Positions 27,576 to 36,983 of a stretch of 64,000 bases of DNA are shown here, in pieces. Positions within the stretch are counted from its first letter, which is position 1, and every line of letters begins with the position of its first letter. The stretch comes from Bacillota bacterium (GTDB taxonomy: Bacteria; Bacillota; Clostridia; Lachnospirales; Lachnospiraceae). The notes beneath the pieces are model-generated. The model searched no databases, was not told the DNA's origin, and saw only the letters and a program-made list of their open reading frames with translations. The translations under genes were made by a program, and so were the position numbers. The stretch spans positions 35,367 through 99,366 of the forward strand of contig JAEXNR010000051.1 in NCBI GenBank assembly GCA_023439505.1. Reading direction: 5' to 3'.

Positions 27576-28705
27576 CAGAAAAAGATATTATCATTATTGG
27601 TGCCGGTCCTGCCGGTCTTGCAGCGGCAATCGAAGCGAGTAAGACGGGAGCGAAGGTACTGGTTGCGGATCTGAATATGAAACCCGGCGGACAGTTATTT
27701 AAACAAATTCATAAATTTTTCGGTTCCAGCGCCCATCAGTCCGGCACAAGAGGAACGGATATCGGAACCTCATTGTTGGAGCAGGCACAGGCAAACGGTG
27801 TTGACATCTGGCTGAAAAGTACGGTAATCGGTTTGTTCCCCGGGTCCAAGGTAGCAATAGAAAAAGATCTGGGTGATAACAAGAAAGAGCTGATTACCCT
27901 GACAGCGAAGAAAATCATCGTTGCCACCGGAGCCTCAGAGAATGTCATTCGGTTTAAAGGCTGGACCATACCCGGGGTTATGGGGGCAGGGGCTGCACAG
28001 ACCATGATTAATGTGAATCATGTAAAGCCAGGTAAGAAGATCGTTATGGTTGGAAGCGGTAATGTGGGACTGATTGTTTCCTATCAATTGATGCAGGCCG
28101 GATGTGATGTGGTAGCATTGGTGGAAGCTGCACCAAAGATCGGGGGCTATGCGGTGCATGCCGCCAAGATTCGCAGGGCAGGTGTTCCTGTCTATACCGG
28201 GCACACTGTTGTCGAAGCAATTGCAGGGGAGGATGGCTGTGTGAAGGAAGCTGTCCTTGCAGAGGTGGATGCCAATTTTTCTCCGATTGCGGGAACGCAC
28301 AAGAAGATAGAAGCGGATACCATTACCATTGCGGCAGGACTAAAACCGACAGCAGAATTACCCAGATTGATGAATTGTGAATTTACCTTTAACGGCGCTT
28401 TTGGCGGGTGGATTCCGCTGCATAATGAGAAAATGGAGACCAGCGTGGAAGGGATCTATGTTGCCGGTGATGCCACGGGAGTCGAAGAGGCGAATACTGC
28501 TTTGGAGGAAGGAAGAATTGCAGGAATCTCGGCGGCGCAAGCCTTAGGATATCTGAAGAAAGAACAAGCCGACACCATGAGAAGTGTGATCTGGAGCAGA
28601 CTGGATGCACTTCGAATGGGGCCTTTTGGGGAGAGACGGCTTTTAGAGAAAGAAAATATTATGAAGGAATATCAGGAGAAAATCTCGTCAGTGATGATTT
28701 CATAA
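27572..28705 (+). CDS. FAD/NAD(P) oxidoreductase subunit (HcnB/OoxA/proline dehydrogenase alpha-like)
   Basis: IIGAGPAGL, GGQL.KQ.HKFFG, ATGA.E....F.GWT.PGV, GIYVAGD; start at ATG 27572. Confidence 0.9.
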   Translation: MTEKDIIIIGAGPAGLAAAIEASKTGAKVLVADLNMKPGGQLFKQIHKFFGSSAHQSGTRGTDIGTSLLEQAQANGVDIWLKSTVIGLFPGSKVAIEKDLGDNKKELITLTAKKIIVATGASENVIRFKGWTIPGVMGAGAAQTMINVNHVKPGKKIVMVGSGNVGLIVSYQLMQAGCDVVALVEAAPKIGGYAVHAAKIRRAGVPVYTGHTVVEAIAGEDGCVKEAVLAEVDANFSPIAGTHKKIEADTITIAAGLKPTAELPRLMNCEFTFNGAFGGWIPLHNEKMETSVEGIYVAGDATGVEEANTALEEGRIAGISAAQALGYLKKEQADTMRSVIWSRLDALRMGPFGERRLLEKENIMKEYQEKISSVMIS

Positions 28706-28722
28706 AGAAAGGAGGGAGTAAA

Positions 28723-29229
28723 ATGGCATTAATTAAAACAGGTTATCTGGAGTTGGAGGAGCTTTTGCAGCTGCAGAAGCTTCCTTCCAATGACCGATAT
28801 GCGAAAGGTCCCGTGGCAGTGATTGAGTGTGTTCAGGAAATCCCCTGTAATCCCTGCGAGGCAGCCTGCAAATTCGGTGCAATTATGATCGGCGATCCCA
28901 TCACCAACTTACCGGTACTATCGGAGGAAAAATGCAGCGGCTGCGGGATCTGTGTATCAAAATGCCCGGGGCTGGCAATCTTTGTGGTGAATAAAGCATA
29001 CACACAACACACGGCAACGGTATCCTTTCCTTATGAATATTTTCCCACGCCCAAAGAGGGAATGTGCGTAAAGGCTGTGGACCGTAAGGGAGAGTATCTA
29101 TGTGATGCTGTTGTTATCAAGGTTATGAATCCGAAAAGCTTTGATCATACCCCGGTGGTGACGATTGAAATTCCCAAAGAGTTATCCGATGAGGTTCGCA
29201 GTATGCAAAGAGAAGTGTTTTATCGATAG
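28723..29229 (+). CDS. 4Fe-4S dicluster subunit
   Basis: EC.QEIPCNPCE.AC and C.GCG.C...CPGLAI. Confidence 0.88.
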   Translation: MALIKTGYLELEELLQLQKLPSNDRYAKGPVAVIECVQEIPCNPCEAACKFGAIMIGDPITNLPVLSEEKCSGCGICVSKCPGLAIFVVNKAYTQHTATVSFPYEYFPTPKEGMCVKAVDRKGEYLCDAVVIKVMNPKSFDHTPVVTIEIPKELSDEVRSMQREVFYR

Positions 29230-29321
29230 GACTTCGTTTGAATGATCAGGATGAAGTGCAGCATCCTTACAGATGGATGGAAAAGAGCGGGATAGGAAAG
29301 TTGTGGACGGAGGTTGTTGGA

Positions 29322-29606
29322 ATGAGCCAATGGATAGATGATAATATGATCGTTTGCAGATGCGAAGAAATTACACTGGGAGAAATAAAACAGGCAATTT
29401 CTGAGGGCGCTAGAGATGTTACAGGTGTAAAGCGCCGGGTAAGAGCCGGGATGGGGTTATGTCAGGGACGAACCTGTGAGCGGCTGGTTCAGCAGATTTT
29501 ATGTCAGGAACTGGGAATCAATGCGGCAGATACAGGCAGATCATCAGCAAGACCCCCGGTCAGACCCATTACATTCGGAGAAATTGCAGAGGGGGTAGTG
29601 GAATAA
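29322..29606 (+). CDS. BFD-like [2Fe-2S] subunit
   Basis: VCRCEEIT, KR..RAGMG.CQGR.C, RPPVRP; start at ATG 29322 after GGAGG. Confidence 0.88.
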   Translation: MSQWIDDNMIVCRCEEITLGEIKQAISEGARDVTGVKRRVRAGMGLCQGRTCERLVQQILCQELGINAADTGRSSARPPVRPITFGEIAEGVVE

Positions 29607-30787
29607 TGGAAGTATTTGATGTTACAGTGATCGGTGCGGGCGCCATCGGAACCAGTGTCGCCTATCATCTGTGTGAAAAGGGATTATCAGTGGCCTTGAT
29701 TGACAGAGGGGATATTGCAAGCGGAACCTCCAGTCATTGTGATGCGGTTGCTCTGATCTGTGATAAACAGCCGGGGATTGATACCCTGATGGGTCAGGCA
29801 AGTATCGATCATTTTAAAGAACTGGCGGATAAATTTGAATATGATTTTGAATATGATCCCAAAGGATGCCTTTATGTCTGTGAGACAGAGGCAGAATATG
29901 AGGAAGCCGAAAAATATGTGGCTCAGCAGGCTGCAGATGGATATGAGATGCGCATGGTAGACAGAAATGAACTGTGTGAGATGGAGCCTTTTATAGCAAA
30001 GGATCTGGTAGGGGGGATCTATACCCCGGGGAAAAGTGCAATAGCTGTCAGCCCGTATAAGGTATGCTTTGCTTTTACGCAGGAAGCAAGGAAAAAGGGA
30101 CTCAAAGTGTTTCCGTACTGCCATATTAACCGGATCGTACTGAATCAAAACACCAATGCGGTCGAGGCAATTGATACGGATCAGGGAATGATTTATACCA
30201 ATAAAGTAGTGAATTGCGGCGGTCCATGGGCGCCGGATCTTGGGGCATTGGTAGGAATTGAGATACCGATTCAGCCAAGAAAAGGAATGAATCTGGTCTC
30301 AGAACAGACGCAGCGGATCTGCTTTCATAAGATATTGGAGTTTGGTTATATGATGTCAAAATTCGATCATATTAACTTTAAACGAAATGTCAGCCCGCTG
30401 GTGGAAGAATATAATGTTGCATTTAATATTGAATATACAAGAGCAAATAATCTTCTGGTTGGCGGGTATCGCGGTTTTCGGGGATTTGATATCCGAACGG
30501 AGATCGAAGCCATGAAAGCAATTGCAGAACGGGCACTTCGATTTTATCCTGCGCTAAAGGATGTCAACTGTATCAGAAGTTATGCGGGAGTCCGGCCCTT
30601 TGTCAAGGATCATCTGCCCATCGTATCCGATGTGGATTCGGTACCCGGTTATTATATTGCGGCAGGTCATGAAGGGGACGGAATTTGTTTTTCACCAATC
30701 ACCGGTAAACTGATGGCCCAGATTATCACCGGTGAAACAACTGATTTTGATATCAGCAATCTTGATTTTGCAAGATTTGCCGGATAA
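29606..30787 (+). CDS. DAO-family FAD amino-acid/amine dehydrogenase subunit (HcnC/OoxB/SoxB-like)
   Basis: VIGAG.IG.S.AY.L, GTSS.C, RSYAG.RP...D.LPI, AAGHEGDGI. Confidence 0.9.
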   Translation: MEVFDVTVIGAGAIGTSVAYHLCEKGLSVALIDRGDIASGTSSHCDAVALICDKQPGIDTLMGQASIDHFKELADKFEYDFEYDPKGCLYVCETEAEYEEAEKYVAQQAADGYEMRMVDRNELCEMEPFIAKDLVGGIYTPGKSAIAVSPYKVCFAFTQEARKKGLKVFPYCHINRIVLNQNTNAVEAIDTDQGMIYTNKVVNCGGPWAPDLGALVGIEIPIQPRKGMNLVSEQTQRICFHKILEFGYMMSKFDHINFKRNVSPLVEEYNVAFNIEYTRANNLLVGGYRGFRGFDIRTEIEAMKAIAERALRFYPALKDVNCIRSYAGVRPFVKDHLPIVSDVDSVPGYYIAAGHEGDGICFSPITGKLMAQIITGETTDFDISNLDFARFAG

Positions 30788-30804
30788 AAGGAGGCTGGAC
30801 AGCG

Positions 30805-31587
30805 ATGGAACATGCGCCTTACGGATATATCACTACCCGGGATCAACACATCAGGGTAACAATGGGCAGGGGACAGAATATTGCAGGATTCCCCATAGGT
30901 ATTATCTATATTGATGATGTCTGGTATCCAATGATGCCCGGGAATATTGTAAATGGTTATACCTTTGATTTCCCGGTCAGGTTAAAGGCAGTGACAGGAC
31001 TTGATATTCCCAATCTTTTTGCAGCGAGAGAGGAAGTATTGGAAAAAGTGACAGAAGCATGTAAGGAGCTTCAAAGAGAAGGTGTTCGTGCCATCAGTTC
31101 GGCCTGCGGATTCTTTGGCAACTTCCAGAAGGAAGTGGCTCAGGCAATGGATATTCCGGTTGCTATCTCCAGTCTGGTACAATTGCCATGGATTGCTGCG
31201 TTAATTAAACCGCAGCAAAAAATCGGAGTATTGACCGCTGATCAGTCGTCCCTTACGGAGAAATTACTGGAAAACTGTGGTGTTTATGAAGACCTAAGGA
31301 ACAGACTGGTGATCAGAGATCTTAGGAATGCACCTGAATTCTCCTGTATTTTAGAGGGACGGGGTGAATTCGAGAACGGTATCGTAGAGCAGGAAGTGGT
31401 TAACGCCGCCCTGGAAATTATGAAGGAAGATCCGCAGACAGGAGCGATTTTATTAGAGTGCAGTGATATGCCTCCCTATGCCCATGCAGTGCAAAGGGCT
31501 GTCTCGCTTCCGGTATTTGACTTTACCACTTTAATCAGATGGATGCATACCGCAGTATGTCAAAAGCCTTATGAAGGTTTTATCTAA
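30805..31587 (+). CDS. Asp/Glu/hydantoin racemase superfamily protein
   Basis: IGI......YP..PG...N..TF.FPV; AI...CGF; ILLECSD.PPY (two Cys typical of the family). Confidence 0.8.
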   Translation: MEHAPYGYITTRDQHIRVTMGRGQNIAGFPIGIIYIDDVWYPMMPGNIVNGYTFDFPVRLKAVTGLDIPNLFAAREEVLEKVTEACKELQREGVRAISSACGFFGNFQKEVAQAMDIPVAISSLVQLPWIAALIKPQQKIGVLTADQSSLTEKLLENCGVYEDLRNRLVIRDLRNAPEFSCILEGRGEFENGIVEQEVVNAALEIMKEDPQTGAILLECSDMPPYAHAVQRAVSLPVFDFTTLIRWMHTAVCQKPYEGFI

Positions 31588-31614
31588 ACATCAGGAAAGG
31601 AGGGGAGACTGCCT

Positions 31615-32535
31615 CTGAATACATTATTTCAACTAATTACTAAAATATTTCTGATGATTGCTTTCGGATTCTTCTTAAAGAAGAAACGCTTGATTACATT
31701 AGAGCTGCAGCAGGGACTGACGTCCCTGTTATTAAAAGCGATTTTACCGGTTAGTATTTTATCTTCCGCAAATTCGGAATTTACCCAAGGCGAAGTAACA
31801 AACATGCTGTATATGGTGATAATTGCAGCAGGATATTATCTCTGTGCGTTAATTCTAATGACCGTACTCAGTAAAATTCTGCCGATGAAAGGAAAATCAA
31901 AATCGGTTTTTATTACCATGTCTGTGTTTGCCAACACAGCATTCATTGGCTTTCCCCTGATTACAGAATTATACGGGAATAACGGAATGATTTACGCGAT
32001 CATTTATAACCTGTTTTATCAGTTGTTTTTCTTTACCTATGGTGTCAGCTTATTAAGCGGAAACGGTGGTTTTGAATTGAAATCCATCTATAAGAATGTT
32101 GTGACGATCGCTTCCCTCGCATCCATCAGTATCTTCCTGTCGCCGTTTCGATTTCCTGAAGCCATCGCATCCGCTATGTCATCCATCGGATCCATGACCG
32201 TTCCGATTTCCATGATAATCATTGGATGCAGTCTGGCTGATATCAGGTTGTTGGATATATTAAAGGATATTTTTTCATATCTGGTTTCCGCGTTGAGACT
32301 AATCCTGTTCCCCATCTGTCTGCTATTACTCTTAAGGATTTTAAAGGTTCCGGTGGGGGTTGCGGCTGTGGCGACCATAATGACAGCGCTTCCGGCAGGT
32401 TCCCTGAATGCGATCTATGCCCAGCAATATCAGTGTGATCCGGATTATGCCACGCGAACGGTGGTACAGACAATGCTTCTGATGATTGTCACCATACCAC
32501 TGATGATCGTATTGATCAGCATCCTGTTACCGTAA
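31615..32535 (+). CDS. AEC (auxin efflux carrier/MleP) family transporter; probable CTG start
   Basis: F.N.AFIGFP....LYG, P.SMIIIG, ALPAG; strong AGGAGG at 31598-31603 precedes in-frame CTGs at 31609 and 31615. Confidence 0.85.
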   Translation: MNTLFQLITKIFLMIAFGFFLKKKRLITLELQQGLTSLLLKAILPVSILSSANSEFTQGEVTNMLYMVIIAAGYYLCALILMTVLSKILPMKGKSKSVFITMSVFANTAFIGFPLITELYGNNGMIYAIIYNLFYQLFFFTYGVSLLSGNGGFELKSIYKNVVTIASLASISIFLSPFRFPEAIASAMSSIGSMTVPISMIIIGCSLADIRLLDILKDIFSYLVSALRLILFPICLLLLLRILKVPVGVAAVATIMTALPAGSLNAIYAQQYQCDPDYATRTVVQTMLLMIVTIPLMIVLISILLP

Positions 32536-32556
32536 TCATCACAATAAGACGCAGAG

Positions 32557-32602
32557 TTGACAAAATGATAAAAAGCGCTAATATAAGATAGGACGATCCT
32601 AT
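32557..32602 (+). promoter_or_regulatory. SigA promoter and palindromic operator of the GntR gene
   Basis: TTGACA-16-TAATAT, then ATAGGA-CGA-TCCTAT at 32588-32602. Confidence 0.6.
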
Positions 32603-32624
32603 TTTGGACGGAAGGAGCAATTAA

Positions 32625-33287
32625 ATGACAGAGTTACTATATAATACAATTGCTGTTGAGATAGAACATAAGATTAAATCGGGCATTCTATCAGAAAATG
32701 AGAAATTGCCTTCTGAACGGGTTTTGGCAGAAAACTACGGAGTCAGCAGGACTGTTATAAGAGAGGCCTTAAAGGTATTGAATGAAAAGGGGTTTGTTAA
32801 AATCATGACAGGCAGAGGAAACTATGTGTCAATACCCCAGGAGGAAGATTTAATTGATAAATTTGAAACTGCCATCGATAACAGTAAGATTAATCAAAGT
32901 GATATCATAGAAGCAAGGGAAATAATCGAAACTGCCATATCAAAGAGGGTAATCAGAAGTGTCACCAAAGAAGATATTATCTCTTTGAAGGAAATTTATA
33001 AAGAGATGGAAGATTGTTTTTATGATAGTGAGTCTTATGCAAAACTAGATGCCAGATTCCATTTACAGCTTGCCGGTTGTACGAAGAATAATTTGTTGAA
33101 ATTAATAACGGCAACATTAAATAATGTTACGGACAGAAGATTAATTTCCAACAATATTCAGGTGAGACAAAACGCGCATAAAGAACATCTGGCTATTATC
33201 AGGGCAATCGAAGAAAGAAACAGCGATAAATTGCTGGAAGCAATTACACAGCATATTAATTGTTTTAAAGAACATATGCAGGAATAA
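32625..33287 (+). CDS. FadR/GntR-family transcriptional regulator (FCD domain)
   Basis: KLPSER.LA...GVSR.VIREALK.L; D..FH..LA....N; EH..I..AI. Confidence 0.93.
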   Translation: MTELLYNTIAVEIEHKIKSGILSENEKLPSERVLAENYGVSRTVIREALKVLNEKGFVKIMTGRGNYVSIPQEEDLIDKFETAIDNSKINQSDIIEAREIIETAISKRVIRSVTKEDIISLKEIYKEMEDCFYDSESYAKLDARFHLQLAGCTKNNLLKLITATLNNVTDRRLISNNIQVRQNAHKEHLAIIRAIEERNSDKLLEAITQHINCFKEHMQE

Positions 33288-33343
33288 CCGAAACCATTGT
33301 GTTTTGGATGGGAGTTCACTATGATTGAAAGCATGGGGGAGTT

Positions 33344-34225
33344 ATGAAAAAACTTGCACCGATAGTAATCATCTTTGCAGGAATGTTATGGGGGACGATG
33401 GGTATCTTTGTCCGAAGACTACAAATGGAGGGGTTCTCCTCCATGGATATTGTATCAATGCGGGCAATGATAACGGTTATTCTGATGTTTGTTTTTTTAT
33501 TATTTTATGATAAACGATTATTGAGAATCCGTATAAAAGATGTCTGGTGTTTTCTTGGAACCGGAGTATGCAGTATTGTATTTTTCAATTATTGCTATTT
33601 TAAAGCAATCACCATGACATCGCTTTCCATTGCATCCATATTGCTTTATACAGCACCGATCATTGTTATGATATTTTCGGTGTTTTTATTTGGTGAAACA
33701 ATGACAGGTAAGAAACTGCTGGCAATATTGCTGGCTTTCACCGGATGTGTATTTGTTACAGGAATTCTAAGTAATGCGATAGCGATCAGCATCCGGGGTC
33801 TTATGACCGGGCTGGGGGCCGGGTTTGGCTATGCACTTTATAGTATTTTCGGAAGATATGCACTTATGAGACGGTATCATTCCTTTACAATCATTCTGTA
33901 TACCTTTTTCTTTGCAACCATTGGAACTTTTCTGTTTCATCCGATGAGTGGAGCGTTAAATCCTGTACATTGGGATGGTTCCCTTCTTTTGTTTGGTATT
34001 CTCTTAAGTCTGATTACCACGATCCTCCCTTTTCTGTTATATACCTTTGGATTGTCTTATATAGAATCAGGCAAAGCTTCCATCATGGCTTCTATTGAGC
34101 CGGTTGTAGCAACGCTGATCGGGATCTTTCTCTATCATGAAAAGGCGACCCTGCTCCAAAGCATGGGTGTGCTTCTTGTTATTTCATCCATTATGATTCT
34201 TAATACAAAAGAGAGAAGCCGATAA
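33344..34225 (+). CDS. EamA/DMT-family transporter
   Basis: LWG..GIF, LLYTAP..V, ASIEPVVA; ~10 TM segments. Confidence 0.9.
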   Translation: MKKLAPIVIIFAGMLWGTMGIFVRRLQMEGFSSMDIVSMRAMITVILMFVFLLFYDKRLLRIRIKDVWCFLGTGVCSIVFFNYCYFKAITMTSLSIASILLYTAPIIVMIFSVFLFGETMTGKKLLAILLAFTGCVFVTGILSNAIAISIRGLMTGLGAGFGYALYSIFGRYALMRRYHSFTIILYTFFFATIGTFLFHPMSGALNPVHWDGSLLLFGILLSLITTILPFLLYTFGLSYIESGKASIMASIEPVVATLIGIFLYHEKATLLQSMGVLLVISSIMILNTKERSR

Positions 34226-34318
34226 TCAGAGAAAGAGAGTGAGTTCCTCCGGTGCTTGAAATATGTTGTGGTGCGTGCTATTCTTTAGTAGATCGTGAAG
34301 GATAGAAAGCTGGTTTAC

Positions 34319-34360
34319 CACGTTGAATTTATGCGTGCGGGCAAGCAGCATGCGTGGACG
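34319..34360. repeat. 42-bp dispersed hairpin repeat, copy 1
   Basis: 36/42 identical to 36795-36836 by manual alignment. Confidence 0.85.
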
Positions 34361-34401
34361 ATGGCGAGAAATAAAAACAAAGGGAGGCTTTAACATAACG
34401 G

Positions 34402-35070
34402 ATGAAGGAAAAAGGAATCATATTTGACTTTAACGGCACACTTTTATGGGATACCATGCTGCATAATCAGGCCTGGGATATTTTCTTGAAGCAATATGGG
34501 TTTACCCTGACAGAGGAAGAAAAACAAAAAAGAATCCATGGCAGATTAAATCGAGAAATTATATTGGATTTATTTGCGGATAACTACTCCGGAGATAAAC
34601 TCACTGTGGAAGCAGCGGAGCAGTTTGGATTGGAGAAAGAGGCAATATACAGGGAATTGTGTCATGATTTACCGGACTTTTCTCTGGCAAATGGGGTGGT
34701 TGCCCTGTTTGAACATTTACGGGAGGCGAATATTCCTTTTGTCATTGCCACGGCTTCCGGCTATGAAAACGTCTCTTTCTATATCCAGGAGTTAAAACTA
34801 TTGAACTGGTTTCAGGAGGATCACTTGATATACAGTGATGGTACAATGAGGGGAAAGCCGTTTCCGGATCTGTTTTTGAAAGCTATTGGTGTTCTTGGAA
34901 TTCGGGCAGAGGATACCATTATATTTGAAGACTCCCCTTCGGGTATCAAAGCAGCAGAGGCAGCAGGTGCGGGAAAGATTGTGATTGTAAATTCTGCCGA
35001 TAGTGATTATTCGGAATGGGAAGGAAAGCATTCCATCATTCACAGCTTTAATGAATTTGTCTGGGAGTAA
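34402..35070 (+). CDS. HAD-superfamily phosphatase
   Basis: IFDFNGTL, ATAS, GKP.PD.F, FEDS..GI.AA. Confidence 0.9.
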   Translation: MKEKGIIFDFNGTLLWDTMLHNQAWDIFLKQYGFTLTEEEKQKRIHGRLNREIILDLFADNYSGDKLTVEAAEQFGLEKEAIYRELCHDLPDFSLANGVVALFEHLREANIPFVIATASGYENVSFYIQELKLLNWFQEDHLIYSDGTMRGKPFPDLFLKAIGVLGIRAEDTIIFEDSPSGIKAAEAAGAGKIVIVNSADSDYSEWEGKHSIIHSFNEFVWE

Positions 35071-35194
35071 ACAGTACAATATATGCAGAAAAATTAATAA
35101 AATTTCATAAAAACCCTATGTTTTTCCCCATATTTTGTGTATAATTACACTATTAGTGATTGATATGCTAAATAATAGTGAGGGAGAATTAGGA

Positions 35195-36730
35195 ATGGAA
35201 AAAGTTATTCATGTAATTGTTTTTGGTATCTATTTATCCGGAATGTTAGGAATTGGCTGGTATTTCTATAAAAAGAATAAGAACCAGACAGATTATTTCC
35301 TGGGCGGAAGAAATCTTAACTTCTGGGTTACTTCAATGAGTGCACAGGCTTCTGATATGAGTGGATGGTTGTTGATGGGATTACCGGGTACGGCTTTTTT
35401 ATTGACAAAGGACAATAAGCTGGGAGAAGCAGTGTGGACAGCAGCCGGTTTGGCCATAGGTACCTACCTTAACTGGCTGTTTCTGGCTAAGAGATTAAGA
35501 AACTATTCTGAAAAGGCGGGGAATTCGATTACAATACCTACCTATCTGGAGAATAGGTTCAGAGATAAAACCCATCTCATCCGAATTATTTCGGCAATTT
35601 TTATCGTAGTGTTCTTCCTGATATATACTGCGGCTCAATTTTCAGCCGGCGCGAAGCTCTTTAATGCCGTATTTGGACTGGATTATTCGGTTGCATTAAT
35701 TATCGGCGCGATTGTTATAGTTTCTTATACCTTTATGGGAGGCTTCCTGGCAGTTTGCTGGACGGATCTGGTTCAGGGGATTTTGATGTTTTTTGCAATT
35801 ATTGCGCTTCCCATCATTGCAATTGTAAAACTTGGAGGTGCTGCAGAAACATTTAATCTTGCAGCTTCACTTACGAATGCCGCCAATGGTCTGGGTGTTT
35901 CAGAATGGACAGGCATTGGAAGCGGATTAAGCCTTCTCAGTATCATTTCTATTGCGGCATGGGGCCTTGGTTATTTCGGACAACCTCATATATTGTCAAG
36001 ATTTATGGGAATACGCAGTGCGAAGGAAATTAAGCCTGCCAGAAGATTGGCGATTGTATGGGTTGTTTTAACTTTATTTGCAGCGGTTATTCTTGGCGTT
36101 GTAGGGAAAGCTTATGTTTCAACGGTGGTATCTCCAGAGGAACTTGCTTCCATGGATGGTGAGAAAATATTTATCTATATCACACAGCATCTGTTACAGG
36201 GACCTGGTGCGGCAATTATCGCCGGGCTTTTGTTAACGGCAATTCTTGCAGCAATTATGAGTACGGCAGATTCTCAGCTGCTGGTTACCTCTTCCGCTAT
36301 TTCAGAGGATATTGGAAAGACATTGTTCCCTAAGTTAGTTAATGATAAGAGTGCAATTAATATCAGCCGGATCAGTGTGGTTGTGATTGCAGTGATAGCA
36401 TTGGCGATTGCCAGTGATCCCAATAGTTCTGTATTTGATCTTGTCTCATACGCCTGGGCAGGCTTTGGTGCAGCATTCGGTCCTGCCATATTAATGTCTC
36501 TTTACTGGAAGCGCATGAACTGGCAGGGTACACTGGCTGGTATACTTTCCGGTGGTTTGATGGTTTTGGTATGGCGTAATTTTATCAAACAATATTTTAA
36601 CTTATACGAGTTATTACCTGCGTTCATTGTTTCAGCTGTTTTTATCGTAATCGTAAGCCTTCTGACCGGTAAACCGGGAAAAGAGATTGAAACCGAATTT
36701 AATGAATTTGTTAAGGCAGAGGGAAAATAA
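35195..36730 (+). CDS. putP: Sodium/proline symporter (SSS family)
   Basis: DYFLGGR, SAQASDMSGWLLMGLPG, WGLGYFGQPHI..RFM, AAIMSTADSQLL; start at ATG 35195. Confidence 0.92.
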   Translation: MEKVIHVIVFGIYLSGMLGIGWYFYKKNKNQTDYFLGGRNLNFWVTSMSAQASDMSGWLLMGLPGTAFLLTKDNKLGEAVWTAAGLAIGTYLNWLFLAKRLRNYSEKAGNSITIPTYLENRFRDKTHLIRIISAIFIVVFFLIYTAAQFSAGAKLFNAVFGLDYSVALIIGAIVIVSYTFMGGFLAVCWTDLVQGILMFFAIIALPIIAIVKLGGAAETFNLAASLTNAANGLGVSEWTGIGSGLSLLSIISIAAWGLGYFGQPHILSRFMGIRSAKEIKPARRLAIVWVVLTLFAAVILGVVGKAYVSTVVSPEELASMDGEKIFIYITQHLLQGPGAAIIAGLLLTAILAAIMSTADSQLLVTSSAISEDIGKTLFPKLVNDKSAINISRISVVVIAVIALAIASDPNSSVFDLVSYAWAGFGAAFGPAILMSLYWKRMNWQGTLAGILSGGLMVLVWRNFIKQYFNLYELLPAFIVSAVFIVIVSLLTGKPGKEIETEFNEFVKAEGK

Positions 36731-36794
36731 GCAGGAGGGATCGGAAGGTTTATTTCTGCTCATGAATTCGTGTGAAAATAAAGTACAATTTACA

Positions 36795-36836
36795 CACGTT
36801 GAATTTATGCGTATGAGCAAGTAGCACGCATGGACG
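36795..36836. repeat. 42-bp dispersed hairpin repeat, copy 2
   Basis: CACGTTGAATTTATGCGTATGAGCAAGTAGCACGCATGGACG; same orientation as copy 1. Confidence 0.85.
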
Positions 36837-36847
36837 CTAGTATCTAT

Positions 36848-36903
36848 AAAATAAGGGAGGATGCTAACAACAGCACAGCTGCTTTAGTATCCTCCCTTAT
36901 TTT
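36848..36903. terminator. Bidirectional terminator between putP and sstT
   Basis: AAAATAAGGGAGGATGCTAA...TTAGTATCCTCCCTTATTTT. Confidence 0.85.
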
Positions 36904-36983
36904 GTCTCTCAAGACAGAAAAATTACTTGCCTCATCATTATGTTATGCACCTGACCGGCGCATGATTTTCAATTCTTCCTGTT

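Noticed and set aside
27261..30787. Hydrogen cyanide synthase hcnABC or sarcosine oxidase
   Set aside because: Only superfamily-level similarity; extra subunits, importer and transaminase point to catabolism, and the substrate cannot be read from sequence.
33300..33345. Fluoride riboswitch (GATGGGAGTTCAC)
   Set aside because: Lacks the downstream conserved pairing elements and the space is too short.
34319..34360. Integron attC site (contains GTTGAAT = GTTRRRY)
   Set aside because: No matching RYYYAAC inverse core and no integrase in the window.
35080..35095. CodY box upstream of putP
   Set aside because: Four mismatches to AATTTTCWGAAAATT in AT-rich DNA.
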